Part shown: positions 51,931-64,000 of the stretch, piece after piece | How positions within the stretch are numbered: position 1 is the stretch's first letter | How the letters are laid out: each line of letters opens with the position of its first letter | DNA from: Ptychomitrium polyphyllum | Lineage: Eukaryota | Direction: 5' to 3' | NCBI GenBank assembly: GCA_973851085.1 | Contig: OZ316775.1 | Coordinates: 19,654,001 to 19,718,000 of the forward strand | DNA: 64,000 bases | Made by a program: the position numbers and the translations under genes | The notes under the pieces: model-generated | Told to the model about the DNA's origin: nothing | What the model saw: the letters and a program-made list of their open reading frames with translations, nothing else | Database searches by the model: none

Positions 51931-54900
51931 GATTTGCTTATAGAAACAGTCCAAGTATTAGGCCAAGAATTAGGCCTTTTTCATTCCCTTGATTTTATCT
52001 TATGAATGCTGGAGCTTGAGCGTTTCTACCTATTAACTGAGGGGTGTTGCATAAAAACAATCTTGGTTAGAAATTTTGTTGATAACCTTTCTTAAGGTGT
52101 TTAAGGTGAACCTTGGTATAGATGCAAGACAGAGTTGGTCAAATTAAGGGGCTGTGGATTTCTGGCCTTAGGGTTTCGTTTGTGTCCCACCAGTTCTCTC
52201 TTCTAAGGATATGTTAGAGATTTCTGGTTAGATGCTTGTGATAGTTAGTATAGATAAACTGAGAATGGGGATGCGGAGGAACAGAAGTATTTTCTTCATT
52301 TGTGGGGTTGAGGATCCCAAGCTTTGTTTCAAGTTGTCGGGTACCTGATTGGGAGCAGTAACTGACAATAGGATGAAGGTTCTGTGGTGATAAGTCAACA
52401 GCTTACAGAAAATTTGAAACATGGCTGATGTCCAATATTAGCTTCCTGTGACTAGGGAGAAGGGATTAAATTATTGTCCTGAAAATGGCAAATTTCAGTG
52501 ATCTACTAGCCTATTTAAATCAAACTCAGTGCACATGAATTGGTATGCTCTGAATTTTGTAACATTTCAGGCTGTGCATTTCAGGCTGTGCATGAGATGG
52601 ACATGAAAGTTTGTGACCCTCTGCAAAATGTTGAGAACATATGTACTAGATCCTTACCAAGCATGTAATAGGTATGGTTTCCTTCAATTGTGCATGTCAT
52701 TGCTTTCAGTAGAGCACAATAATCTGTAGAATTATCCCAAAGTACATTGAAATTTACATTTTCATCCTTACAAGTTGCAAACAGTGTCAATGTAGACAAA
52801 TACACCGCTGGTCCAGGTATATTATTGTACTGATGCACATGGAATGAACCAATCTTGCCAAAGCATGAAATTACAAACAGTATTATAAAATGGTTTTACT
52901 ACCCAACTGGCTCTTTCTAGTCCTGAGCATCAGAGTTGTGTTCAAGATGCCACTCATGTGTATCTTCCATGATTTGAAAAACAAGGCACCTCCTGGTGAC
53001 TGTGAGTCTTTGATCAAGCATCATATACAGATGAGTGAGGTATCCCTAAAGCAGTCCATGGTCAAATCTTGAGTGGAAGTTTTAAATCCTGGTGCATGAA
53101 TGGGAAGTACCTGGGTGGAGTTTTGAAATCTTAAAAGTATTCCTTGGACCCCAACAGTGCTGTGATGAGCAAAGCAAATCTTATGGATGACACACTTGCT
53201 GGATATGGTGGCTGCTGTGTACTTTTCTGCTCAGCCCAACAGGACTAGTACTGCTGAAATGATGCAACATGACACATTGTGGGGCCTTCCTGTTTTGGCC
53301 AGGAGTTGTGTTTTCCACAACTGTTGACATGTGGAGTTCATAAAGAGCATTTGTTGTCCGTGAACTCAAGGTAAGCAGCATCCTTGAGAAAAAGTGTGCA
53401 ATTCAATCTTAAATTAGTGGACTGTCTGCAGAAGCATGGTCCCTCAAAAGAAACTTTCTTCTGTGCAAAAGAACCCATGAACAAATGACTTAGTAAGTCA
53501 AGATACCTGTACAGAGTACATCTCTGATATTGCTGCAAAATTACCTGATGACATGACCAGATTCATGTGCTACTATGATGTACATTGATGAGAAGGTGAA
53601 TCAAAACTTGTAAATAACACTTGGAAACTAAGGAGGATGTACTCTGAGGGCAAGAACTTCAAGTGTGAATTAGTGTAATTTCACTGGAAATAGTAGGCTG
53701 GATTTATATTACAGAAACTATGTTCACCTTTGAAATACTCACCTCCAGACTCTATCTCAAGGAATCCTTGTTGGAATTTTGATGCAAGGTTCTTTAGTGG
53801 GGCGAAAGGATGTACACTACAGAATCACATGATAAAATTTCATAAATTTTGGATCTCTGAAGTATTAAGTCTTATTCATCGAAATTTGGTATTTATTTTA
53901 TTAATTATTTATTTTTTCATATTTTGTTTTCAGATTACATTTAAAGACCATTACTTGGCAGGGAATTTCGAAAATAAATCTTAAGTTTTATGTCTTGTTT
54001 ATAAATTTGAATTCTTATTATTTATATCAATGTGTGTAACCAGATCTAATACTGTTAAAAAGATGGAAGTTATCAGAAGAGAAATTTATTAGAGACATGT
54101 AATATGATTAGATTTGTATTAGAGAATGTACAAAATATCATAATGAAATTCATCAGATTTTTCATAATTAAATAAAAAAATAAAAAAATAAAAAAACCTA
54201 CACTCACATATAATATACATATGAGGTGTAAGGGATTACATTTAAGTTATATGTATAGAAGGTAAATTAGTGGCCTATCAAATATCACATATTGGCTTTT
54301 GTGGCTCCAAAAAGTATTGACAAATTTAAAATGGGATAACATATTATATTGTTGAGGCATATTTGATGTAAATTGTTTTGAAAAAAATACCACATGTCAC
54401 CTTTGTGTTGGTTTTTAGCCTCCAAAAAGAAGACTTTATATTATAATTTCTTATTATATTGGCCCTAAAGTGCCAAACTTGCATTTTTGTTTCTAATGTT
54501 GTTGATTTGAATTATTTTTTTCACAAACAATTATCAATGTCTAATTCTTTGAATGCCTAAAATCTTCATAAATTATATCCATAATGTATTTGAAGTTTAG
54601 AAACATATTCATTATGGTGTTACAATCAAATAAAAAACTTGAAAGTTGAAGAATATGCCTATGTAAATATAGACTTGCAAAGAAAAAAGTTTATAATGTG
54701 AATATTAGAAAATATAAATAATAAATGACATGAATAGAAAATCAATTAAATTTTTATAAAGTACAAAAATAACATATAAAATAATTGACAATATTATGTT
54801 TAGAAAAAATAATATTATGTTTTGAAAATACTATATTAATTAGGTCATACTTTTCCTCCAAAACAATGGTAATTAGGACAAATATGCTTATGAATGAATA

Positions 54901-56443
54901 GATAAACATTATAATTTTAATTATAAACATTTGCAACAACAACAAAATCAAAATTAATAAATTTTTAAAATTGATTCATCAACAAAGTTGTGAAGAAACC
55001 ATTGTTATATGAATAATTTAGTTTGTTAAAACCTTTTAGATTCTATTGTTAAACATATCAACCTACTCAAACCATTTCAAATGTTGCTTAGTTATATTCA
55101 TGTATTTTATATAATGTATACTTTATATTAATTTTTTCACATTTTTCCTGATTTGAGGTGGCCATTTGTACACATACATAGCTTACAAGAATTTCGTAAA
55201 TAAAGGAATTTGATAATTATTAATAAAATAAACTAAGGCAAAATAATCATAAACTTCAATGCTTCACTGCCAAAATAACCATAAACTTTAATAGCCGTCA
55301 ACTTATGTAAAATAGTAAGTTTATATGTGAAATTTCAATAAGCGAGTATTTATATTTGACTGATCTTTGTTAATGCTATAAGTATCAATAATTTGTAAAA
55401 GTTTTTTAACTTTTTGATTCAATTAAATTGTTACATTTTATTTATTTAATTGTTACAAGTCTAATTCTGAAAATATTACCATATAATATTTACATTATAT
55501 TTACATCATTTTATATAATAAACACTTCTCCTATCTTTTTAGAATATATATGATTTGATTGAATAAAAAAATTCCATTATAAGAAATTTGAAGAATTTAA
55601 CACTTTATAATTTTATATTTTGGATAAATGTAGAGCTTTTTTTAGTCTCTTATTTTTTGTTTATTTTTCAATTTTGGACAATCCAGTATAATTTGAGTTT
55701 AAAAATCTATTGTCAAGTTCTTTACAAATCATTTCAAATGTTGTTTAATTTATATTCATTTTCTTTAGAATGCAGACTTTTGATTGGAAATTTTTCACAT
55801 TGTAAATTCTATTTTATTGAACTTCAAAACCATTATAAGCATGATTCTTTAAAATCTAAAACTTCCACATAACTCAAGTTTAATTATTTATAGTTAAATG
55901 ACTTAGTTTTAATATAGAAAAAATCAAATTAATATTATTATGCTAAAATATAACTAATAACACTCTATCTTACTAAAAATAATTGGAACAAATAAGGTTT
56001 TATTAAATTCAATCTTTGAAATAAATTTTGGAAAATAAAATAGATGGTAAGATGATTCTAATGGAATTGAATTCTAAATTAAACATCAATATTATTAGGC
56101 AAATGTTTTCTTCATTGAATATTGGAATATTTTTAATTCAAATATTCATAAGTTCTTTTATAAGTTTTTTTTTAATTTTATTTTTAATTAATTATATTTT
56201 GATTAAAAAGTTGTCAAAAAAAAATCCAATAATGTACCATTTTTTTAATAAAGAAAATATATAATAGTATTAAAATTAGAAGCATCATTAATCAATCTTA
56301 GAATTCATCTTGTGTGTATAGTTTATTGATTACATTCTTTGCTTAGAATTTTTCAAACATCATAAAAAAATTTCATTTCTACATACATTAATATACATAC
56401 ATATAAGACACATCTATATTCATTTATTCATGCAATTTTTTTG

Positions 56444-56446
<3 letters not shown>

Positions 56447-56493
<47 letters not shown>
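56447..56493. repeat. (TA)n microsatellite
   Basis: Seen directly. Confidence 0.95.
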
Positions 56494-56500
<7 letters not shown>

Positions 56501-56600
56501 CAAATGTTATTTATGTACTCCATATTTTTAAAACATAGAGCTATTATATGCTCTAAGAATATAAAGAAGGTTTTTACTAACTAAGGACATTTTAAGAAGA

Positions 56601-56760
56601 TCTAAAATTCCAAATTTGTAGAGAAATGCTCCATACCAATGGATTTAAGACTTCAAATTTTTGGCTAATATAATTATTAGATGAATGATAGTGATTTTCA
56701 AAATTTAAAGCCATGATTCATTTGGTATGGAGCATCTTTCCATGAATTTGGAATTTTAGA
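56601..56760. mobile_element. Fold-back/MITE-like element, copy 2
   Basis: Arms TCTAAAATTCCAAATT / AATTTGGAATTTTAGA and ATGCTCCATACCAA / TTGGTATGGAGCAT. Confidence 0.6.
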
Positions 56761-58443
56761 ATTTTTTGAAATAATCATATTTTATAATCTTCTTATTAGA
56801 TGAAGCATTATTGTACTGAAATATGTGTTCAAATCATAAGCTATACAATTGAAACGGAATTGAGATGGAACTAAGATCAATATGAGTCTATAGATTAGAG
56901 GAAAATAACTAATTTTTAAACAATCTTATTATCTATACATCTTGATTTATTCAAACATCATAATTGTACAAAAGCTCAATTCATTTCATTAAGAAACTTG
57001 TTTACAATTTCACTTACTTCATTGGTCCTCGAATATTCCTCATATATGGAGGCATTATATCTAAAAACTCTTATATACTAGCTTTTTGTTCCTCTGTATA
57101 TGTTTAATATGTTATACTTTCCTTTTCTCAACTCTAATATGCTTATTATCAACTCTAATATGCTTATTATAAGTATATTTTGTATGATGATGTTAAACTA
57201 ATACCCTCTTGATTGTATCATCATTCACAATCTCGCCCACTTTAAATTCTCAGCTTCTCATGAACTCAACGCATGAGCTCAATGCAGGCGCTTGAGGTTG
57301 TAGGTTTTGAGGGAGAGTGCTTCAAGGATGAGCGATTTGTAAGTTTACAACAAACGCAAAAGGAGGGCCTAGCTGCTCAGACAAGAATCAGGCTGGCGGT
57401 GTTGCAACTTATCAATGCCCAGAAGCAAAGCTATGGTATTGAATGAACAAACTCTTTGTATACATAGGTCTTGGTTCACTAGGACTAGAGTTCCTCTTTG
57501 TACACTGGATCAATTTGAAAGTCACACCCGTGTGTAGTTGGCCATAATTTTGATGACAAATTGGTTAAAAAATTGTTCAAGTTGAACAAGACCTACTGTG
57601 TGTATTGAAGTAATGACAATCCATTAACAAGTATTTACCCTGCATACTCCTAAGTTTCGGCACTAGGTACATATGCAGACTGTTGTCTAAAATGTAAGTA
57701 CATTGATATCATAACATGCCAAGCCATTCTTGATCCCAACCCATCCTCTACCCCAAGCCTAACTATGCTACATCAAAAAGGATGGATAGATGGACATACT
57801 ATGAACGCCCTTTGGGTACTTCGGTGACCTACATAGAGTTACAAACCAGCAACAGGGCGCATCCCTCTCGCAAGCAGAAAACTTTCCCGACCAGGCATCC
57901 AAAATGAACAGCATGTAAGTCCTGAAAAAACCAGAAAAACCAACATGATTAGTAAAAGGCATGTCCCAGGCCTGGTTTTTGTTCTCTGGTACAAGCAACC
58001 CCTTTTCCTTGGATCCCACCATCAATCACTAAAGTAGGCAAGTGTCTCATCCCTCTTTAAATGTTATTGAGCCTAACTGTACGATGCGAATGTTGATAAC
58101 GTGAAAGACGTGTAGACCATAAGTCTACATACTCTGCAGATGAAATCTGCACGTCTTTCACATTCCCAATGTTTATATCGCACAGGCTTATTCTCCAGAG
58201 CAGCTATTAAAGCACTCAGCTTGACTAGGAATAAAAGCTAGAACAGCTCCCAGCATATGATGGCAATAACATCCACTGGCCCACAGAATCTCCAACAGCA
58301 GTAGGATCAGAGAATATCGTTAACAAAATGAATTGCCTTGAGTACTAAAAAACCATAAATATTGCAGAAACAGATTCTGACCTTCAGCGCCTGGTTTCCC
58401 CTCGCTGTGCAGCAGTGGCTGAGCAGAGAGCTATATATGCTTA

Positions 58444-61400
58444 TTACTGGGAGTTGACAAGTGTGGCCTCCCTCCAAATGAGATGTTTCACATGATCCAC
58501 TGTGAGACTGGGCAGATAAGCATCGAAGTCAAACATAAGATGACAAGTTGGCTCGTCACTTAAATCATGAAGAGCTGCCAGATATGGATGAGCCAATGCC
58601 TCTTCTGCGGTTATCCTGTTAGATGGGTTGAACCGTAGCATCTTCTCTGCTAAGTCACATGCTATAGCTGTAGTCTGTGGAAATCTTGAAACCAAGGGCT
58701 TCCTTTCCTGACCTAATAAAGCCAATTGTATCCTTTGGCGAGCATCAGGGTTTTGCAGGAAAGATAGGTCTGAAGCATCAGGTGTTCCTAGAAGCTCTGT
58801 AATGAGTTTCAAGTGATTCACAGGATGCTCCTGTCTAGAGCGGATTGGAAATAAAGGTTGCCCCGTGAGCATCTCCATGAAGATGCAGCCCACTGACCAC
58901 ATATCAACAGCTGCTGTGTACATTCGGCTCCCAAGCAACAGCTCCGGAGCACGGTATGGTCGAGTAACCACATACTCCGTCAGAAAATCATCTTCTGCCG
59001 AGGTTCGAGCCAAGCCAAAATCACAGATTTTGAGTAGACAGTCGTTGCAGTTGATGAGAAGGTTACTGGGCTTTAGGTCACGGTGCAATATATTGGCAGA
59101 GTGAATGTATTTGAGGCCTCTCAAAAGCTGGTAAAGCAGGAACTGGCAGTGGTATTCGTCAAGTTTGGTTGATCTCACTATTTGGTGTAGGTCCGTGTCC
59201 ATCAGCTCATTTGCAATATAAGCATCATGGAAATCCTCTATGTTTGCCGGCACAATGATATCTCTAATAGGGATGATGTTGTCATGCTCGGTATGCCGGA
59301 GCAACAGAATCTCTCTAAGAGTGCGCCTCGCTGTTGTATTGTTCTGAAAGGCGTTCCCTATCTTCTTTATAGCAACCTTCTCCCCTGTTTCCCTGTTTGT
59401 GAAAGCACACACATCGCCATACGCTCCGTGTCCAATGGGTCCAATCATGACATACTTATCATAAACCTCAAACTTATCGCCCCTCACATTGTACTGCGTG
59501 TATTTCATTTCTGGAAGATTCTCTACCACATTTCCAATCCGTGACTCACACTCCATATCCAGACGCCGGTCCTCCAAAGCTTGATTCTCTGCTTCGACTG
59601 TCTGGCAACTAGCGTCACCGCCGCTTTCCTTCTCATAATCGTGACGTGACTCACAATCCATATCCCCTTGTCGCTCCTCTACGACATTTCTATCCTCCAC
59701 TTCAAAGGATTTGCAAAGAATCTCGTATGTCATCTCTGTACCAGTCTGAAGAAGCTCAAAAACAGCCCATGAGACAAGTCAGTGCCACAAAACCAGTAAA
59801 TAGAGCTAACGTATTGAGCATAGAAGTGAAGTCAGATAATTGTGCAGCTCAGGATAATATTGTTATAATATAGATAATAAATTAAAATAAAAGGTAAAGT
59901 AGAATGCAATAAGACGATATACGAGTTTAGAATTGGGTTTATGCTTGCCTGTGAGTTTTCCCATGTTGACCGTGATCTAGTTGCGAGAGTGTACCTACAA
60001 CAGAGATTGCATCACAAGGTCAACAGAAACTCCGGAGAGGAAAGGATAATGCTAACTGTGAAAGACTAATCCACTCGATACCTAAAATTCATACTCAATA
60101 CGCAGATCAAAATGAATCCCTGCGATGCTCAAGAAGGGATGGAATCATAATTAGGAGGCTGTGAGAATTTTGAGTAACATCACAAGCTCACGTATTCCTC
60201 TACGTTACTGACTCGTCCTAACACGTACTAAGTACAATGTATAGAACGATTTAATTTCAGATTGGATGTTCAAGTTCTTACCCTAGACGACGAGTGTAAA
60301 ACGAGAGCGCTCTTGTGTTTCTTTTATGCACGGCTAGGAGTATTGCTCTCATATTGTTCTGCACACAGAAAATAAGATTTGTGTCAAAGATAGCTAAAAA
60401 ATTCCTGCATCAAGAATGAACGCATAGGATGATGAGCCCTCAACAGATGGACATGTGCAAAACCAGTGACTTAATACGACAAAGTTTAACATGGTGGGAA
60501 AGACCTTTCGGGCAACCAATTCAAGTAACTGCATCAAAAACTTGCCGAGTCCTTTTCCTTGCGCTGATTTTTCCAGCTGCATCTCATATATGTACAGGAC
60601 TGGAACCTCATGTTCTAGACCAAATCTGAAATGAACAAATGCCACTACTGGATCGTTGAACGACGCTGAACTGTTGACTTCACCGGGAACAGAGCTTTTC
60701 CTGGCAAATATGTAGCGTGCCTCAGGGGAAACCATTTCCAACCGTTTCATATTCTCCTCAGCAGGCCATTCATGGGGCCCAAATATTACTTCCATATTCA
60801 TCTGCTCTGCACAAAGGGAACTGCCATGAGAATCACATGGCATGGTTTATCCAAACACACAACTGAAACATGCACTGGCAATCCCAAACCCAACCTATGT
60901 TGCCTTTCAACGTACAGATAGTGGATATGATGCCTGACCATTAGAAGCTCTTCCATGCATTGTTTCGTAGAATCAGATAAAGCATCACCAGAGCCAGCTT
61001 CCAATGTCACATTTAGACCTGCATCAATCACAATCCGTTTCAACAAGCAATGCCAATCCACGTAACCCCAACACGAACACCCAGAGCAGCGCAACACCAA
61101 GAAAGGGTGCGGAAGCGAACATACTGTGTCAAAGACCTAGAGCCCGTAGTAAACAAACACTACGTACACCTACATACATGTAAACATCGACTGCCTGTTG
61201 CAAGACTCACCATTCCGATTGTAAGTGCGATATGATGGGAACTCCACTATAGGGTCTCCCTTAGCAGCTGCAGCTGTAACTGCATTTTCAGCTTCCTTAA
61301 AATCCTGATTGGAACCCAAGGTATCATCAGTAATCCACATCAGTGAAAATTAACAAGAGAGTAATCCAGGGAGCCCAGATTAAACCAGCAAGAAAGAGAA

Positions 61401-62015
61401 AAATCCCAAAATCTCGATTTCCCACAAGAGGTCCTTCACTCATCCTACTGAAAGCCCTACAGAGCTAAGCTTTCCAGAATTGAATTCAAGCTAAAGTTCC
61501 ACCACTTTCCTAAATCCAAACTCTCACACCCACACAATGCCATCATGCACACATGCCTATTTCAGATCCTAGGTTTAGTCACTGTTTCCATAGGAGGATT
61601 AACGACCCTAAAAACGGCATACCGCAATTCGATCAACACTCACAAGCACCTTCGATCGATACACCTCTCCACAAACGGTAAACTCGCACCGACAAACCCG
61701 GGATCGACTCTCACGCAACCATATCCACTCTCCTAGATCTCGACAAGTCACAAATGGCGCGTAACCTCGGCTACCACACAGCCTCCACTGCCCTAGCCCT
61801 CCAAAACCCGCCTTCCGAAACACACTTCAATTCCTGGTGTTCACCAACATAGCCCACTCAAAAACCAAACCTTGAACACCCCACCTTCACAACAAAAAGG
61901 TGAAGAAGAAGAAGAAGAAGAAGAAGAAGAAGAGGGCACTCACCTCCACCAGCTTCTTCTCTCTACTTGACGCTCCCTGATGCTCATAGTCCAAATGGTG
62001 CTTCTTCCGATCCAT
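58444..62015 (-). CDS. RAK: NatD/NAA40 N-terminal acetyltransferase - MAP kinase fusion (RAK-type), 655 aa; exons 62015-61944, 61304-61211, 61018-60939, 60801-60505, 60358-60282, 59994-59949, 59745-58444
   Basis: GNAT motifs ([25 protein letters not shown]) and YEILCK in frame with a complete MAPK ([27 protein letters not shown] domain LHDLSDEP). Exon phases are consistent (1968 nt). Paralog RAK1 vs RAK2 not determined. Confidence 0.9.
61902..61933. repeat. (GAA)n microsatellite in intron 1 of the NatD-MAPK gene
   Basis: Seen directly. Confidence 0.9.
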
Positions 62016-63828
62016 GTTCACTCACGATTCTCCCCTCCTCCACTCCAGATCACCACCACAAGAACAACACCACCAACAACACAGACAACGACCAATCAAC
62101 CAACACAGAGGGGACCCAACTCGCAGACAAGTGAATTCAACCCTGATCTCCAAACTCCAGCAGACAGGCAGGAAGAAGAAGAGGGTTCTGTGCAACGGTT
62201 GGAAATAGAAAAACCCTCACCCACCCACCCCTCTCTCACTGTTTCCACCTCCCCCCTCCCCTCCCCTCTCTTCCCCTCCCCCTCTCTCCCCCCGCCCCCA
62301 CCCCCACTTTCTCTCTCTCCCTAGTAGAAACTCAGCGCGAAACTACAACCCAAAGTGAAAACTTCACCAAACCTTCAACTTTCAGGAACTTTTAGGAACA
62401 GTTTTTAGGAACCCTCACACGCACATTTCGCTGCCACCCATGGCCGGACAACTACCTTCTGGAATAAGTGGCAAAATAAGTGAAAAACAGCCTCAAAACC
62501 AAAACTTTCGGAGGACAAAATTAAGTGAAAACTGTAGGGAACTCCTCCAAGTGAGTGGATCCAGGTTTTCAAGCGAAGATTTTGGAAGCCTAGCTGCCAG
62601 GCAGGGGTTCCTAGAAAATCAAATAAAAAATCTTCCCACCACTGTGACTGGCACAGAGTTTGAGGATCGACGTTGCAACGGCACTCTCATCGCAAACCAG
62701 GCTCTTGCCTGTGCCTTCGGTGGGACGGAAGCATTTAACCGTCACTGAATCCAAAACCAACACTATCTACGGGTAGCATCACAGAGTCTACATCAGCTAT
62801 AGATTTTTTCGGTTTCACGAACCCATTCCGAATCCACTGACATTCGTGTACGTAAATTCGATAGTATCTAAACCCTGTGTAGATATGAAAAAGCCAAGTA
62901 AATGTACTCGGTAGAGAGTGTCAGCTTTCGGGTACAGCGGCGATTTTAGGATCCGTCGTCTGCGCTTTGATCAGTCGGTACTAGGAAGGCCGTAGTGACG
63001 CTGCTGGGGCAAACTCACCTAACTTGCTGCCATGACCCCCTTTTCCCTTTAAGAAATTTAATGTTGTGTTTTTTCTGTTCACCGTGATATGGGGGCTTGC
63101 GGGTCGGTGACATGGCATTGGGCAGGCTTGGTTGTCATCATGCCACAGGTGGCCCTATTTGGCACCCTCTTGCTGCAAAGGAGAAAAGCCACATCATAGG
63201 AATGGATGATATTTTAAAACATTATTTAGTGGCCTTAGACATTACTTTGGAAACCTCGAAGAGTGTTCCAATATTTGTGACAAGTCCTTCTTATTATGGT
63301 TTTGTAAATGAATCATAACAATGATAGTGATAATAATGATAGTGGTGTATCATTTTTTTGTTGTGGTTAATATTTTTAAGTAATTTTTTTTAAAGAATAT
63401 TACTCAAATTTCTTTTTATACATTTATATTATTATTAAATATAATAATAGTAAACTTAAATAAAAATTGTTCCAACTATTTTTATAATTAAAGCAAAAGA
63501 TTGTCAAATCTATTGATTTTGAATTTATTGATCTTATTTTGAAAAGCACTTTAAAAGTAGCTTTCTATGATCAATTTATCCCACATATTATAAGAAATGA
63601 AAAAGTATAGTAAAATGAAATTAGAAGACTTTAATTGTATGCTTATGTTTAAAGTATTTAAAAAAATGTAAGAATTAAAAGAAAAAAAAATTGTTAGGAA
63701 CATAAGAAGTAAAGAACTAAAAAAGAAGTGGTTTTAAAAACTAACCTCTAAAGAATTACTAAATAATAAGGATTGGTATAAAATTTCAAAATAAGACAAT
63801 ATGATGGATGTGTTCAACAAGTTGTATT

Positions 63829-64000
63829 CATCACGGACATAGATTATACAACATAGTCCTTTGAACATTCTAGAACCTTCTAGTATACTATAATAGTTTC
63901 TTAGAATACTTTTAAATGTCTCCATAGCCTTTCCATGTTTTTAGGAAGCTTTTTAGGAAAGTTCCTCTACCTTAGCAAACTTCCTAGGAAGGTTCTATCT
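63829..64000 (+). repeat. Start of another LTR of the same Gypsy family, running off the window
   Basis: TCACGGACATAGATTATACAACATAGTCC matches the LTR start at 34190. Confidence 0.85.

Noticed and set aside
58444..59733. Stand-alone 429-aa MAPK gene
   Set aside because: The ORF starts within the NAA40 C-terminal motif just after a splice acceptor; better explained as the last exon of the fusion.

Overview
Eukaryotic plant genomic DNA. Gene content and Gypsy family suggest the moss Physcomitrium (Physcomitrella) patens (inference). From left to right the window holds: a 4.6-kb 20-bp satellite with higher-order structure; a small OEP7-like gene; a cytochrome P450 pseudogene; a two-exon hydrophilin/ABA-WDS-like gene behind a dense DRE cluster; an intronless orphan ORF with a C-terminal 4-Cys motif; a nested Gypsy chromovirus cluster (27.6-43.8 kb); a TIFY/JAZ gene; and a 7-exon minus-strand gene fusing a NatD/NAA40 acetyltransferase to an intronless TEY MAP kinase (RAK-type). 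In the Gypsy cluster, two otherwise divergent, oppositely oriented dead elements share an apparently identical 3.8-kb tract. They also show a self-priming PBS and a -1 frameshift signal. All splice models were derived by eye.
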